DNA from: a bacterium
GTDB taxonomy: Bacteria > Ratteibacteria > UBA8468 > B48-G9 > DSTR01
DNA: 64,000 nt
Assembly (NCBI GenBank): GCA_029551285.1
Contig: JAKPFT010000087.1
Location: forward strand, 168-64,167
Direction: 5' to 3'
Positions 25,550 to 34,174 of this stretch are shown one piece after another. Under the pieces are notes generated by a model. It ran no database searches, had not been told where the DNA came from, and was given only the letters and a program-made list of their open reading frames with translations. The translations under genes were made by a program, and so were the position numbers. The stretch's first letter is position 1. Each line of letters starts with the position of its first letter.

Positions 25550-28500
25550 CTCAGTTGCCCATTCTCAGAGAGTTTAATCCAGTAACCGTAACCAGGAGCA
25601 AAGTAATGCAGGGTGTTGAAGATCGGCGTATCTGGCTTGTAAGTATGATAACCGTCAGCGTCAAAACTGCGGATGTAGGTAAACTGGCCAGTTAGAGAAG
25701 TGAGAACAGCACCAACATCATCAACCTTGATGGCTTCCGTGACATCTTCCGGTAGAGTTACTAACGGTGCAGTAGCAGTATCATAGTAACACACTGGTGC
25801 CCAGCACCCGACCAGAACCCAGCGGCGATTCGCATCCACTGTCACAGAAAGAGTGTCAGTCGGTGAGATTTTGGCGCCAAGCAGTTCCAGGGTAACGTCT
25901 TCTTTCATCTTAATCCAGTATCCATAGCCAGGCGCTAAGTAATTTAGAGTGTTGTACTGTGGTGTGTCAGGATAATAGGTATGGTAGCCGTCTTTATCAA
26001 AACTGCGGATGACCTCAAACTTGCCAGCGATGGAAGAAAGAGCCTGGGCAATATCGTTTACCGGAACCGCCTCTGTTCCGGAAAGGGTAGCAACATCTGG
26101 CGGGTTTTGGCTGGAGTAGTAAAGACGGTTCACCGAGAAACTGAACAAATTCCAGCCGGCCTTAAGTGGAATCCTCTGGCCCACATCAAGGTTCACCTGC
26201 CGGGAGTCACCGTTTGCAGTCCAGGTAGCATTATCCGGTCCCAGGGGTTTGGCTGTGTAAGTCTTTTTCTCGCTTGCCTTCCAGATTCTGAAAGTCAGAC
26301 CTTCACCGGGACTGGCTCCTTCATCAACGCCGGAAGTATCCGGGTCGTCGCCGTAAACCAGTAAATCACCGTAAGAACCGGTGTTGGTAACCAGGAAACT
26401 TCCACAGCACACGCCGCTGCTATCATAAACAGCAATTTCATCGCCGGCTGCGGCATCCACAGTGAAAATTTTAACGGTGCCGTGGAACCTGACCGAATAA
26501 TTACTCTGGGTGAAGGGCAGGAAATGGTAGAAGTTGGCCGTGACTTCTTTAGGCCCATTCATGGTGACACTGACCGGGTTAGTGGTTCCGGAAAGACTGC
26601 CGCTCCACCCGGTGAAAGTATAGTCACTGCTGGCTGTGGCCTGGACCTGCACCTGGCTGCCGCTGTCGTACCAGTTGCTTTCTGGACTGACACTTCCGCC
26701 AAAAGAGTTATTCACGCCGGTGGTGAGGTAGTACTGGGTCGTCCAGGAAAGATTCAGGGTTTTAGCCTCATTCATCAGCAGAGAACCGGAAGCCGGTGAA
26801 GTCACGTATCTGATGCCGGTCCCTCCGGAAACAGGTGTGGTGACCGACCAGTTGGCCGTAGTTCCTGCATCGTACCAGCCTTCGCCCTGTGGATTGCCGT
26901 ATTCAGAGTTAATTTTCAGGTAATACTGCGTTTTCCAGAGCCAGGTAACGGCAGAAGGTTCGTTGATGGTAAAAGTCAGGGAACTGTCAGTTCCGCTGGC
27001 TGGCGCACTGCCAGTACCGGTCCAGCCGGTGCAGACATATTGCGTGGAACCCACAGTCACTGGTGTGGTCACTGCAGAACCGACCAGGGAACCAGCGTTG
27101 TACCAGTCTTCACCACTGGGGCTGCCATGCTGGGAAATCACCGTGAAGTAGTACTGGGTCGTCCAGGAAATTACCACGGTATCAGGCTCATTCATGACCT
27201 TGCTTCCAGAACTCGGAGCGGTGACAAAACGAATTCCTGTTCCGCCTGACCACGGACTGGTGACCGACCAGTTGGCTGTAGTTCCCGCATCGTACCAGCC
27301 TTCGCCCTGTGGATTACCATGTTCGGAAACGACGCTGAGGTAGTACTGGGTCGTCCAGGAAATAGTTACTGTGTTCGGCGCGTTCATGACTACAGAACCG
27401 GAGGAGGGTCTGGCTTCGTATCTTGTGCCGGTTGTGCCTGCTACTGGCGAGTCAACCGACCAGTTAGCCGTGCTTCCCGCGTTATACCAGCCAGCGCCAG
27501 CAGGGCTGCCATGAGCAGAAACAATCGTCAGGTAGTACTGGGTAACCCAGGTAATGTTGACAGTTTTTGGCCCATCCATAAAGACGCTTCCAGAAGCTGG
27601 AATAGCTACATACTGAACGCCAGTAGCACCAGCCACCGGTGAGTTTACTGACCAGTTGGCCGAAGTTCCTTCATTATACCAGCCAGCACCAACCGGCGTG
27701 CCGTAAGTTGAGTTAAGCGTCAGGTAGTACTGCGTAATCCAGGAAATGGTGATAGTTTTTGGCCCATCCATGAGTACGCTGCCAGAAGAAGGAACAGCCA
27801 CATAGCGCACACCCTCAGCCCCGGCTACCGGGGAAGTGACTGACCAGTTGGCCGTAGTTCCTGCATCGTACCAGCCAGCGCCAACCGGTGTGCCGTAAGC
27901 CGAAACTATGGTCAGAAGATACTGCGTTTTCCAGTTCCAGGTGATGGTGGAGTTGTTGGTAATGGTGAAGGTTACGGAAGTAGCCGTACCGCTGGTCGGC
28001 ACATCTCCGGTTCCAGTCCAGCCGGTGCAGACATACCGGATGCCGGTTTCCCCAGCCACCGGAGAGACCACCGAGGCTGTTACTTGCGTCAGGGTGTCGT
28101 AGATGTGAAGGCCAGCCGAAGGTTCTGGAGAACCATAAGCACTGCTGACCGTAAGACTGGCGCCGGTGGAAAGATTTACTTCCAGGGGGTCTGCGGATGG
28201 GTCCCACAACGGAGTGACCGAGGCAATGGCCAGATACTCTTTCTGTTCACTGGCGTCCCAGATACGGAAGGTGATGGTGTCACCATTTTCCGCTCCTTCA
28301 TCCTCAGCCGGGGTAGTGCTGTCATCCCCGTAAACTGGAAGATACCCGTAATAGCCAGCATGTTCCACGACAAAAGCGCCGCAGCAAACCCCCTGCGGGT
28401 CAAAAGCGCCGACTTCGTCTCCTGACTGAGCCGGCACTCCGTTGATGGTAATCACTCCATAAAATTCTCTCACTGAGGGTGTTTTCGCCACCGGTGTGTA

Positions 28501-29847
28501 ACGACGGCCAGTAAGAGAAAAGTTGGCCATCACAGTTTTGCCACTATTCATGGTCACGGTGGCCGGGTTATCTGTCCCGGTTAAGTCTCCGCTCCAGCCC
28601 GTGAAGGTGAAACCGCTGTTAGCCACCGCAGTCACCTGAACACTTTCGCCGCTGTCATACCAGTTACTGCTGGGTGTTACCGAACCGCCCGCGGCTGGAT
28701 TGGTCTGCGTCGTCAAAAGGTACTGGACCTTCCAGTTCCAGGTGATGGTGGAATTCTGGGTAATGGTGAAGGTTACGGAAGTAGCCGTACCGCTGGCCGG
28801 CACATCTCCGGTTCCAGTCCAGCCGGTGCAGACATATCTGGTGTTACCGGCAGTTACCGGCGAAAAAACAGAAGCGGTTACTGAAGTGCCGGTGGCGTAA
28901 GAGTGGCTGCCGACACCCGGGTCAGGTGAACCGTAAGCGCTGGCCACGGTCAGATTAACCTGACCAAGAAAGACCGCGGTAACTGTTCTGGGCGCATTAA
29001 CTGTGACTACGGTCGGATTGGTAGACCCAGAAAGGTCTCCACTCCAGTGGTCAAAAACATAGCTGGGGTTGGCTGTCGCCTGGACCTGCACCTGGCTGCC
29101 GCTGTCGTACCAGTTGCTGGCTGGCGTGACTGTTCCGGCCTGAACCGGGTCAGCCTGCGTGGTTAAGTAATACTGGACCTTCCAGTTCCAGGTGATGGTG
29201 GAGTTGTTGGTAATGGTGAAGGTTACGGAAGTAGCCGTACCGCTGGCCGGCACATCTCCGGTTCCAGTCCATCCGGTGCAGACATAGCGCACTCCAGAGC
29301 CAGCATCAACCGGCGAGGTGACTGAGGCAGTAACTTGAGTTCCGGTATTATAGTAATGAATACCCACGCCCGGGTTGGGCGAGCCGTAGGTGCTGGTGAC
29401 ACTTAAGGTTAACTGGCTGACGCTGGTGCTCAGATTAACATTCAGCTTGCCCTTGTCCACCCAGACAGGACTGTCCGGACCCAGCAGTACCGCATCAAAT
29501 ACCTGATTGGTGCTGGCCTGCCAGATTTTGAAGGTAATCGTATCACCTGGCTGAGCGCCTTCATCTATTGTTGGAGTGGTGGAATCATCGCCATAAACTG
29601 CCATGAAACCGTAGAAACCCTCGGTGTTCACCGTGAAAACACCGCAGCAAACTCCCTGCGGGTCAAAAGCCGCCACCTCATCGCCGGGTTGAGCCGGACT
29701 GCCATTTACCTGAACTGTGCCGTAAAAGTCGCAGGAAGTCGGCGACGTTCCCACGATGGAGAAGTGGCCGGAGAAACACAACTGACCAAAAAGAAGAGAA
29801 ACAGCCAGGACTGCAAACCCCAATCCAATCTGCTTTTGAGGTCTCAT
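25537..29847 (-). CDS. Large secreted repeat protein (1436 aa): FYG/Cys-Cys modules, divergent InlB B-repeat-like units, six tandem ~69-aa repeats, C-terminal tandem GWNL/APGYGYWIK modules
   Basis: Signal peptide. Three FYG...GVCCG...VYGDD...TFRIW modules. Recurrent (Y/V)VCTGWTGTGDVPASGTATSVTFTI units. Tandem TQYYLT.VSA.G.P.GAGWY.AG.TANWSV.SPVAG.. repeats. Thr/Ser-rich throughout. Confidence 0.65.
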   Translation of the reverse strand: MRPQKQIGLGFAVLAVSLLFGQLCFSGHFSIVGTSPTSCDFYGTVQVNGSPAQPGDEVAAFDPQGVCCGVFTVNTEGFYGFMAVYGDDSTTPTIDEGAQPGDTITFKIWQASTNQVFDAVLLGPDSPVWVDKGKLNVNLSTSVSQLTLSVTSTYGSPNPGVGIHYYNTGTQVTASVTSPVDAGSGVRYVCTGWTGTGDVPASGTATSVTFTITNNSTITWNWKVQYYLTTQADPVQAGTVTPASNWYDSGSQVQVQATANPSYVFDHWSGDLSGSTNPTVVTVNAPRTVTAVFLGQVNLTVASAYGSPDPGVGSHSYATGTSVTASVFSPVTAGNTRYVCTGWTGTGDVPASGTATSVTFTITQNSTITWNWKVQYLLTTQTNPAAGGSVTPSSNWYDSGESVQVTAVANSGFTFTGWSGDLTGTDNPATVTMNSGKTVMANFSLTGRRYTPVAKTPSVREFYGVITINGVPAQSGDEVGAFDPQGVCCGAFVVEHAGYYGYLPVYGDDSTTPAEDEGAENGDTITFRIWDASEQKEYLAIASVTPLWDPSADPLEVNLSTGASLTVSSAYGSPEPSAGLHIYDTLTQVTASVVSPVAGETGIRYVCTGWTGTGDVPTSGTATSVTFTITNNSTITWNWKTQYLLTIVSAYGTPVGAGWYDAGTTANWSVTSPVAGAEGVRYVAVPSSGSVLMDGPKTITISWITQYYLTLNSTYGTPVGAGWYNEGTSANWSVNSPVAGATGVQYVAIPASGSVFMDGPKTVNITWVTQYYLTIVSAHGSPAGAGWYNAGSTANWSVDSPVAGTTGTRYEARPSSGSVVMNAPNTVTISWTTQYYLSVVSEHGNPQGEGWYDAGTTANWSVTSPWSGGTGIRFVTAPSSGSKVMNEPDTVVISWTTQYYFTVISQHGSPSGEDWYNAGSLVGSAVTTPVTVGSTQYVCTGWTGTGSAPASGTDSSLTFTINEPSAVTWLWKTQYYLKINSEYGNPQGEGWYDAGTTANWSVTTPVSGGTGIRYVTSPASGSLLMNEAKTLNLSWTTQYYLTTGVNNSFGGSVSPESNWYDSGSQVQVQATASSDYTFTGWSGSLSGTTNPVSVTMNGPKEVTANFYHFLPFTQSNYSVRFHGTVKIFTVDAAAGDEIAVYDSSGVCCGSFLVTNTGSYGDLLVYGDDPDTSGVDEGASPGEGLTFRIWKASEKKTYTAKPLGPDNATWTANGDSRQVNLDVGQRIPLKAGWNLFSFSVNRLYYSSQNPPDVATLSGTEAVPVNDIAQALSSIAGKFEVIRSFDKDGYHTYYPDTPQYNTLNYLAPGYGYWIKMKEDVTLELLGAKISPTDTLSVTVDANRRWVLVGCWAPVCYYDTATAPLVTLPEDVTEAIKVDDVGAVLTSLTGQFTYIRSFDADGYHTYKPDTPIFNTLHYFAPGYGYWIKLSENGQLRWSQ
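26700..27930 (-). repeat. Intragenic tandem DNA repeats (period ~207 bp, about 6 units) inside the 1436-aa gene, plus three near-identical ~110-bp segments further 5' (about 27.93, 28.72 and 29.18 kb)
   Basis: Recurring strings such as GTAGTACTGGGTCGTCCAGGAAA, and CCGACCAGTTGGCCGTAGTTCCTGCATCGTACCAGCC identical at two places. CCAGTTCCAGGTGATGGTGGAGTTGTTGGTAATGGTGAAGGTTACGGAAGTAGCCGTACCGCTGG occurs three times. Coordinates approximate. Confidence 0.6.
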
Positions 29848-29862
29848 GGCACCTGCCCTCCT

Positions 29863-30261
29863 TTACTCAACGACGAAAAGATTGACCTGGTGACGGTCAT
29901 GGTTCTTCGTCCAGACAGCATTTTCCGGCTTATCAACCACCGCAGTTTTGCCGTTAATCTTGAAGGTAATAACATCTCCAGGTTCAGCCCCCTCATCTCT
30001 GGTGGTGGTGGGGTCATCGCCGTAGACGCAAAGATACCCGAAGACGCCTAATTTTTTTACGATGAACTTCCCGCAGAGGTTACCCTGAGGGTCGTAGGCG
30101 GTGATGACATCGCCTTCTTTGACCGGTGCATTGTTCACCATCGCCTGGCCGTAAAAATCAACACCTTCAGGGGTGGGAGTAACTCTTTCCTCAGCCAGCA
30201 AAATAGCGGTTAACATCAGCGACAGAAGGAGCCCGAAGATCATATGCCCTCTCATCTTCAC
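29863..30261 (-). CDS. Small secreted protein consisting of a single FYG/Cys module
   Basis: 132 aa. Signal peptide then FYGQAMVNNAPVKEGDVITAYDPQGNLCG...VYGDDPTTTRDEGAEPGDVITFKI. Confidence 0.5.
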   Translation of the reverse strand: MKMRGHMIFGLLLSLMLTAILLAEERVTPTPEGVDFYGQAMVNNAPVKEGDVITAYDPQGNLCGKFIVKKLGVFGYLCVYGDDPTTTRDEGAEPGDVITFKINGKTAVVDKPENAVWTKNHDRHQVNLFVVE

Positions 30262-30301
30262 CCCCTGATTGTCAGGATAAACATTGTGGTCTCTGTCTTT
30301 C

Positions 30302-32185
30302 TCACTGTGTTCCCCATCGGAAGGAACGTGAAGTTGTCATTTTTATCCAGTAACCGTATCCCGGCCCGAAGTAGTGCAGGGTATTGAAAACAGGATTTAC
30401 TGCCGGGTCAAAGGTCCTGGCGCCATAAGCGTCAAAGCCGCGTACCACGCTGTAGTATCCGGCAATACTGTTTAAGGCATTGGCCACGCTGGGAAGGGAA
30501 ACAAAACTGTTCACTCCTTCCGGAAAGGAAACTGCCGGTTGACTGCCATTATCGTAATATACATTTGTGTCCCAGTATCCCACTAAATTCCAGCCAGTAT
30601 TCAGGGTGAGGGTGGCTGAAGGATTAACCGGCTCGCCTTCTAATTCAAGGGTTGCGGCTTCGCTCATCTTAATCCAGTAGCCATAGCCGGGTGCCAGATA
30701 ATGCAGGGTATTAAACACAGGATTGACCGTGGGGTCAAAGGTCATGGCGCCAGAGGCGTCAAAGCCGCGGACCACCGTATATTTACCGGCAATGGAAGTT
30801 AGAACATCTCCAATGCTGTTGACTTTCTGGTAATTGACCCCGGCCAACATCGCCACGTTCGGCTGAGCGGCACTGTCGTAAAAACAGGTGTTGAGTGGAA
30901 AACTGATTAGGTTCCAGCCGGCGACCAGAGGCATTCTCCAGCGATTAATTCCGTTAAGGTTAACATTGCGATTGACACCATCCTGCCAGAGGATGCTGTC
31001 GGGGCCAAGCGCGGTGGCCAGGTAGATTTTTTTCTCCGCGGCTGACCAGATTTTGAAGGTGATGGTATCGCCGTTTTGCGCGCCTTCATCCCTGGTGGGA
31101 GTCGTCGGGTCATCGCCGTAAACAGGCATGAAACCGTAAAAACCAGCTGTCGTAACCTTCCATGTTCCACAGCAGACACCCTGCGGGTCAAAGGCGGCAA
31201 TCATATCACCTGGCTGGACATTCACGCTGTTAATCGTCGCGTTTCCATAGAAATTGATCCAGGTGTTGGTCGTGGTTAGTATCCCGAACGGAAAAAGATA
31301 CTCTGAGGTAGCAATGCTGCTGGGGTTCATGCCTTCTTTGAAGGCTCTGGCCTTGATGGTAGTGGCTGTAGCGACACTCAGCGGCGTGGTGTAAACAGTT
31401 GAAGTCTCCGTAGGGTCAGAGCCGTCGGTGGTATAGCGAATCGTTGCGCCGCTGGTAACGCAGGTAATAGCAACACTGAGACTGCTGCTGTAAGCGCCGG
31501 GGTTTGGACTGAAGGTTGGGGTAGCCACTGTTTCCAAGATTGTATAAAGCCCGCAGGCTATCTGACTGGGATTCATCCCTTCCTTGAAGGCTCTGGCTTT
31601 GATGGTCGTGGTGGTATTAACAGCCACCGGTGTCGTGTAAATGGTTGAAGTCTCCGTGGGGTCAGAGCCGTCGGTGGTATAACGGATGGAGGCCCCGCTG
31701 GTGCTGCAGGTGATGGCTACTGATTGTGCGCTAGCGTAACTGCCGGGAGGTGGCGAAAACTGCGGCGTGGAAACAGTGGAATTGTCAAGAATTACGGTGT
31801 CGCCGACGATGTTGTAAGTGCCGTAATCGTCAACGACAGAGCCGGTGAAAACTTTGTCGCCGCTATCACCAGCAGGAACGCTGACAGTGTAAGTAATCTG
31901 ATAGGGCACATCTATCGGGTTCGTACTGTAATTGAGCCACTTGTAGCGGTTGTCTTCCGAAATGTAAGTGCTATAAGGCGGGGTGGAGGAAACAATGGTC
32001 CAGCCTTGCGGCAGATACTCCCGAATAACGATGCTCACCACATGGTCAGGAATGACGGTGAGGGTAACCTGAAAAGTAGTGCCGGCCACATAACCGTCAG
32101 GCAGATTTCTGGTGACGCTGGTAGCGGAGAAGACCTGGCTGGAAAGAAAAAGGGAAAGAAACAATAAAGAAAACTTTCTCGTCAT
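30302..32185 (-). CDS. Secreted surface protein (about 627 aa from the internal Met): two CHB_HEX_C-like domains, one FYG/Cys-Cys module, C-terminal tandem GWNL/APGYGYWIK modules
   Basis: Start chosen at MTRKFSLLFLSLFL (signal peptide). Duplicated FSPPPGSY...IRYTTDGSDPTETST(I/V)YTTP...KARAFKEGMNPS. Same C-terminal module pair as the 1436-aa protein. Confidence 0.55.
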   Translation of the reverse strand: MTRKFSLLFLSLFLSSQVFSATSVTRNLPDGYVAGTTFQVTLTVIPDHVVSIVIREYLPQGWTIVSSTPPYSTYISEDNRYKWLNYSTNPIDVPYQITYTVSVPAGDSGDKVFTGSVVDDYGTYNIVGDTVILDNSTVSTPQFSPPPGSYASAQSVAITCSTSGASIRYTTDGSDPTETSTIYTTPVAVNTTTTIKARAFKEGMNPSQIACGLYTILETVATPTFSPNPGAYSSSLSVAITCVTSGATIRYTTDGSDPTETSTVYTTPLSVATATTIKARAFKEGMNPSSIATSEYLFPFGILTTTNTWINFYGNATINSVNVQPGDMIAAFDPQGVCCGTWKVTTAGFYGFMPVYGDDPTTPTRDEGAQNGDTITFKIWSAAEKKIYLATALGPDSILWQDGVNRNVNLNGINRWRMPLVAGWNLISFPLNTCFYDSAAQPNVAMLAGVNYQKVNSIGDVLTSIAGKYTVVRGFDASGAMTFDPTVNPVFNTLHYLAPGYGYWIKMSEAATLELEGEPVNPSATLTLNTGWNLVGYWDTNVYYDNGSQPAVSFPEGVNSFVSLPSVANALNSIAGYYSVVRGFDAYGARTFDPAVNPVFNTLHYFGPGYGYWIKMTTSRSFRWGTQ

Positions 32186-32330
32186 GGAAGGCTCCTTCGG
32201 TTGGCAGGGTTTCTGGCTCATTTTTCTATTGTTTTTAGCCGCACTTCACCTATGCTGCAATTTTACCCCGGCACACCCTTTTCTGTCAAGTCGCTTTTTT
32301 TAGACGCTAAAATACCCGCATAAAGGCATG

Positions 32331-32590
32331 GTTAACGAGGGAAGATTTCAAGACACGGTAGCCGATGGCGCAGTTACAAGACAAGCACCCAAAGCGGCAG
32401 CGTTCGGTAAGCGTCCCCCAAAAGGCAATCCGGGACGGCCACCTTACCCGGCGGTGTCTCCAGTTCGCCGCATGACGAATGAGTTCGCGCCAGCAACCGA
32501 TTGGGTGTGTAATCTTGTCTGCAACAAGGCGTGTGGGCAGAAATCTTCCCGAAGTTAGACACCTTTTTTTCACAACCTTCGTTATCTCGT
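32331..32590 (-). repeat. Copy 3 (long form, minus orientation) of the repeated element, in the 5' leader of the 30302..32185 gene
   Basis: Reverse complement begins ...GGTGTCTAACTTCGGGAAGATTTCTGCCCACACGCC and ends ...GCTGCCGCTTTGGGTGCTTGTCTTGTAACTGCGCC...GAAATCTTCCCTCGTTAACC. Carries about 105 bp of extra internal sequence homologous to copy 4. Confidence 0.75.
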
Positions 32591-34174
32591 GCTTTTAGTT
32601 AGACGCCGATACTTTGACCTCAGTATAGTTAGCAGCCAGAAGCCAACCATCAGATACGGAAGAAGTCCTTTTAGAAAGAGAGCAGCCAGCCAGACCACCG
32701 GATAAAGCATCAGGCGAACGATGGCTCTAAGCCAGCCTTTTCTGGAAATGAAGGAAGCCGCGGCTGGCCCTTTCCGGTAATACCAGGTGACAAAAGCCCG
32801 GCCAACTTCAGTTGGACAGAGTACTCTATCCCGGAAAAGACGCAACACTTCAATCTCCTTGCTCAACGGCGAGCCGAAAGCAGCCGTGGCGATAAAACAG
32901 CCACCACTGTCAGCGCTGCGGACCACCGGGCCGGAAGGGTCAACAATCACTCCATTAGCCACTCCATCAGCGTCGCCTGAGCCACCGTCAGTAAGGGTCA
33001 CAATGGCTACATTGCCGGTCATTTCAACCTGGGAATACTCCTGCCATCGCTGAGTGGCTGCCGCGCTCTCATCATACTTGTACCATCTGCTGCCTCCAGG
33101 CAGAACTTCCGGGAAGATAAAGCGCAACCTCACTGTTTGCCCTTCTGGCACTTCCACGCGGCTGAGAAAGACACCATAAGGAGCCCGGAGAAAATCAGGC
33201 AGATTCTCAGCCTCCATGCCAGAAAAGTAGGTTACGGGATATCCATCAGGAGATTCCAGCAGAACAGCCTTATCGTGGAAGGAGATAATTTTCGTATCCT
33301 GAGGTAAAGGCAGGTCCGGATTGTATCCGTAATGGGAAAGGTCTTCCCCGGCCGGCTCCTGTTGGTCAGGGATACCATTGCCGTCGGTATCTTCTGTTTG
33401 ACTGCGGGGCACCGTGGTTATGGCTGCTTCTGCGGGTTGGGAACTTCGGCCAGCGCTGTCGGTGGCCTGAACCCTGATGATATAAGAAGTTTCTGGTTGC
33501 AGGATGCAGGAGCCAATCCAGGCAGCATTAACCTGGCCTGAGGTAACGCTTGTGGCAAAGACAATTGTCTCGTTGTTAGCGCAACGTATTTCCCAGGAGC
33601 TGGAAGCCGCAGGGGTGTTGAGCGGACTCAAATACTGCCCTGTCACCTTAATCGGAATGTCTACGGCAAGAGCGCTGGCGTTCAGGGCCTGGCCGTCCTG
33701 ATTGAAGAATTGCAAATTGTAAAAGAAGGGCTGGCCGTCAGAAGTAAACTGCTCACCGCCGATGGCAGTCTCATACTGATAATTGGAGACGTCAATCCAG
33801 CGACAAGTTCCCTGAAATGTTCTGGCGCCGCTGGCCTGCTCTGGAATCTGAAGTTGATAGCTAATGTCCATAGAAGTGTCACTGATGACATCGTGGAATT
33901 CCCACTTGATTTCGCCGGTCTCAGGAAGGAACCGACTCTGGACAGGGTCTGCCGTGACTAAGTTCCAGCCCACCGGGACATATTCGGTTACAATTACGGC
34001 ATTGGGCAGGTTGGCTTCATCCACTTCAAGGTTCAGCGTCACCGTGAGACTGCTGCCAGGCTGGTAGGCCACCGGCAAGGTTCTGGTAGCCGTCACTGTC
34101 TGAGCAAATTGAGCGAAGGAAAAGGATGGAAGGAAAAGAAGAAGCACAAGCAATAAACCAGCAACCTTTCTCAT
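32582..34174 (-). CDS. Secreted protein with a C-terminal Cys-containing hydrophobic/basic tail (GGCFIATAAFGS...TM...KYRRLTKSTR); putative surface-anchored protein
   Basis: Start taken at the internal MRKVAGLLLVLLLF, whose ATG overlaps the upstream stop as ATGA. The C-terminal 110 aa contain a conserved Cys motif, a TM helix and a basic tail, the layout of a protein-sorting or anchor signal. Confidence 0.5.
   Translation of the reverse strand: MRKVAGLLLVLLLFLPSFSFAQFAQTVTATRTLPVAYQPGSSLTVTLNLEVDEANLPNAVIVTEYVPVGWNLVTADPVQSRFLPETGEIKWEFHDVISDTSMDISYQLQIPEQASGARTFQGTCRWIDVSNYQYETAIGGEQFTSDGQPFFYNLQFFNQDGQALNASALAVDIPIKVTGQYLSPLNTPAASSSWEIRCANNETIVFATSVTSGQVNAAWIGSCILQPETSYIIRVQATDSAGRSSQPAEAAITTVPRSQTEDTDGNGIPDQQEPAGEDLSHYGYNPDLPLPQDTKIISFHDKAVLLESPDGYPVTYFSGMEAENLPDFLRAPYGVFLSRVEVPEGQTVRLRFIFPEVLPGGSRWYKYDESAAATQRWQEYSQVEMTGNVAIVTLTDGGSGDADGVANGVIVDPSGPVVRSADSGGCFIATAAFGSPLSKEIEVLRLFRDRVLCPTEVGRAFVTWYYRKGPAAASFISRKGWLRAIVRLMLYPVVWLAALFLKGLLPYLMVGFWLLTILRSKYRRLTKSTR

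Noticed and set aside
26700-29300. Regularly spaced near-identical DNA repeats that could superficially resemble a CRISPR array
   Set aside because: The repeats are in frame within a long ORF and encode protein repeats. Period and length (about 207 bp and about 110 bp) do not fit a repeat-spacer structure, and no cas genes are present.
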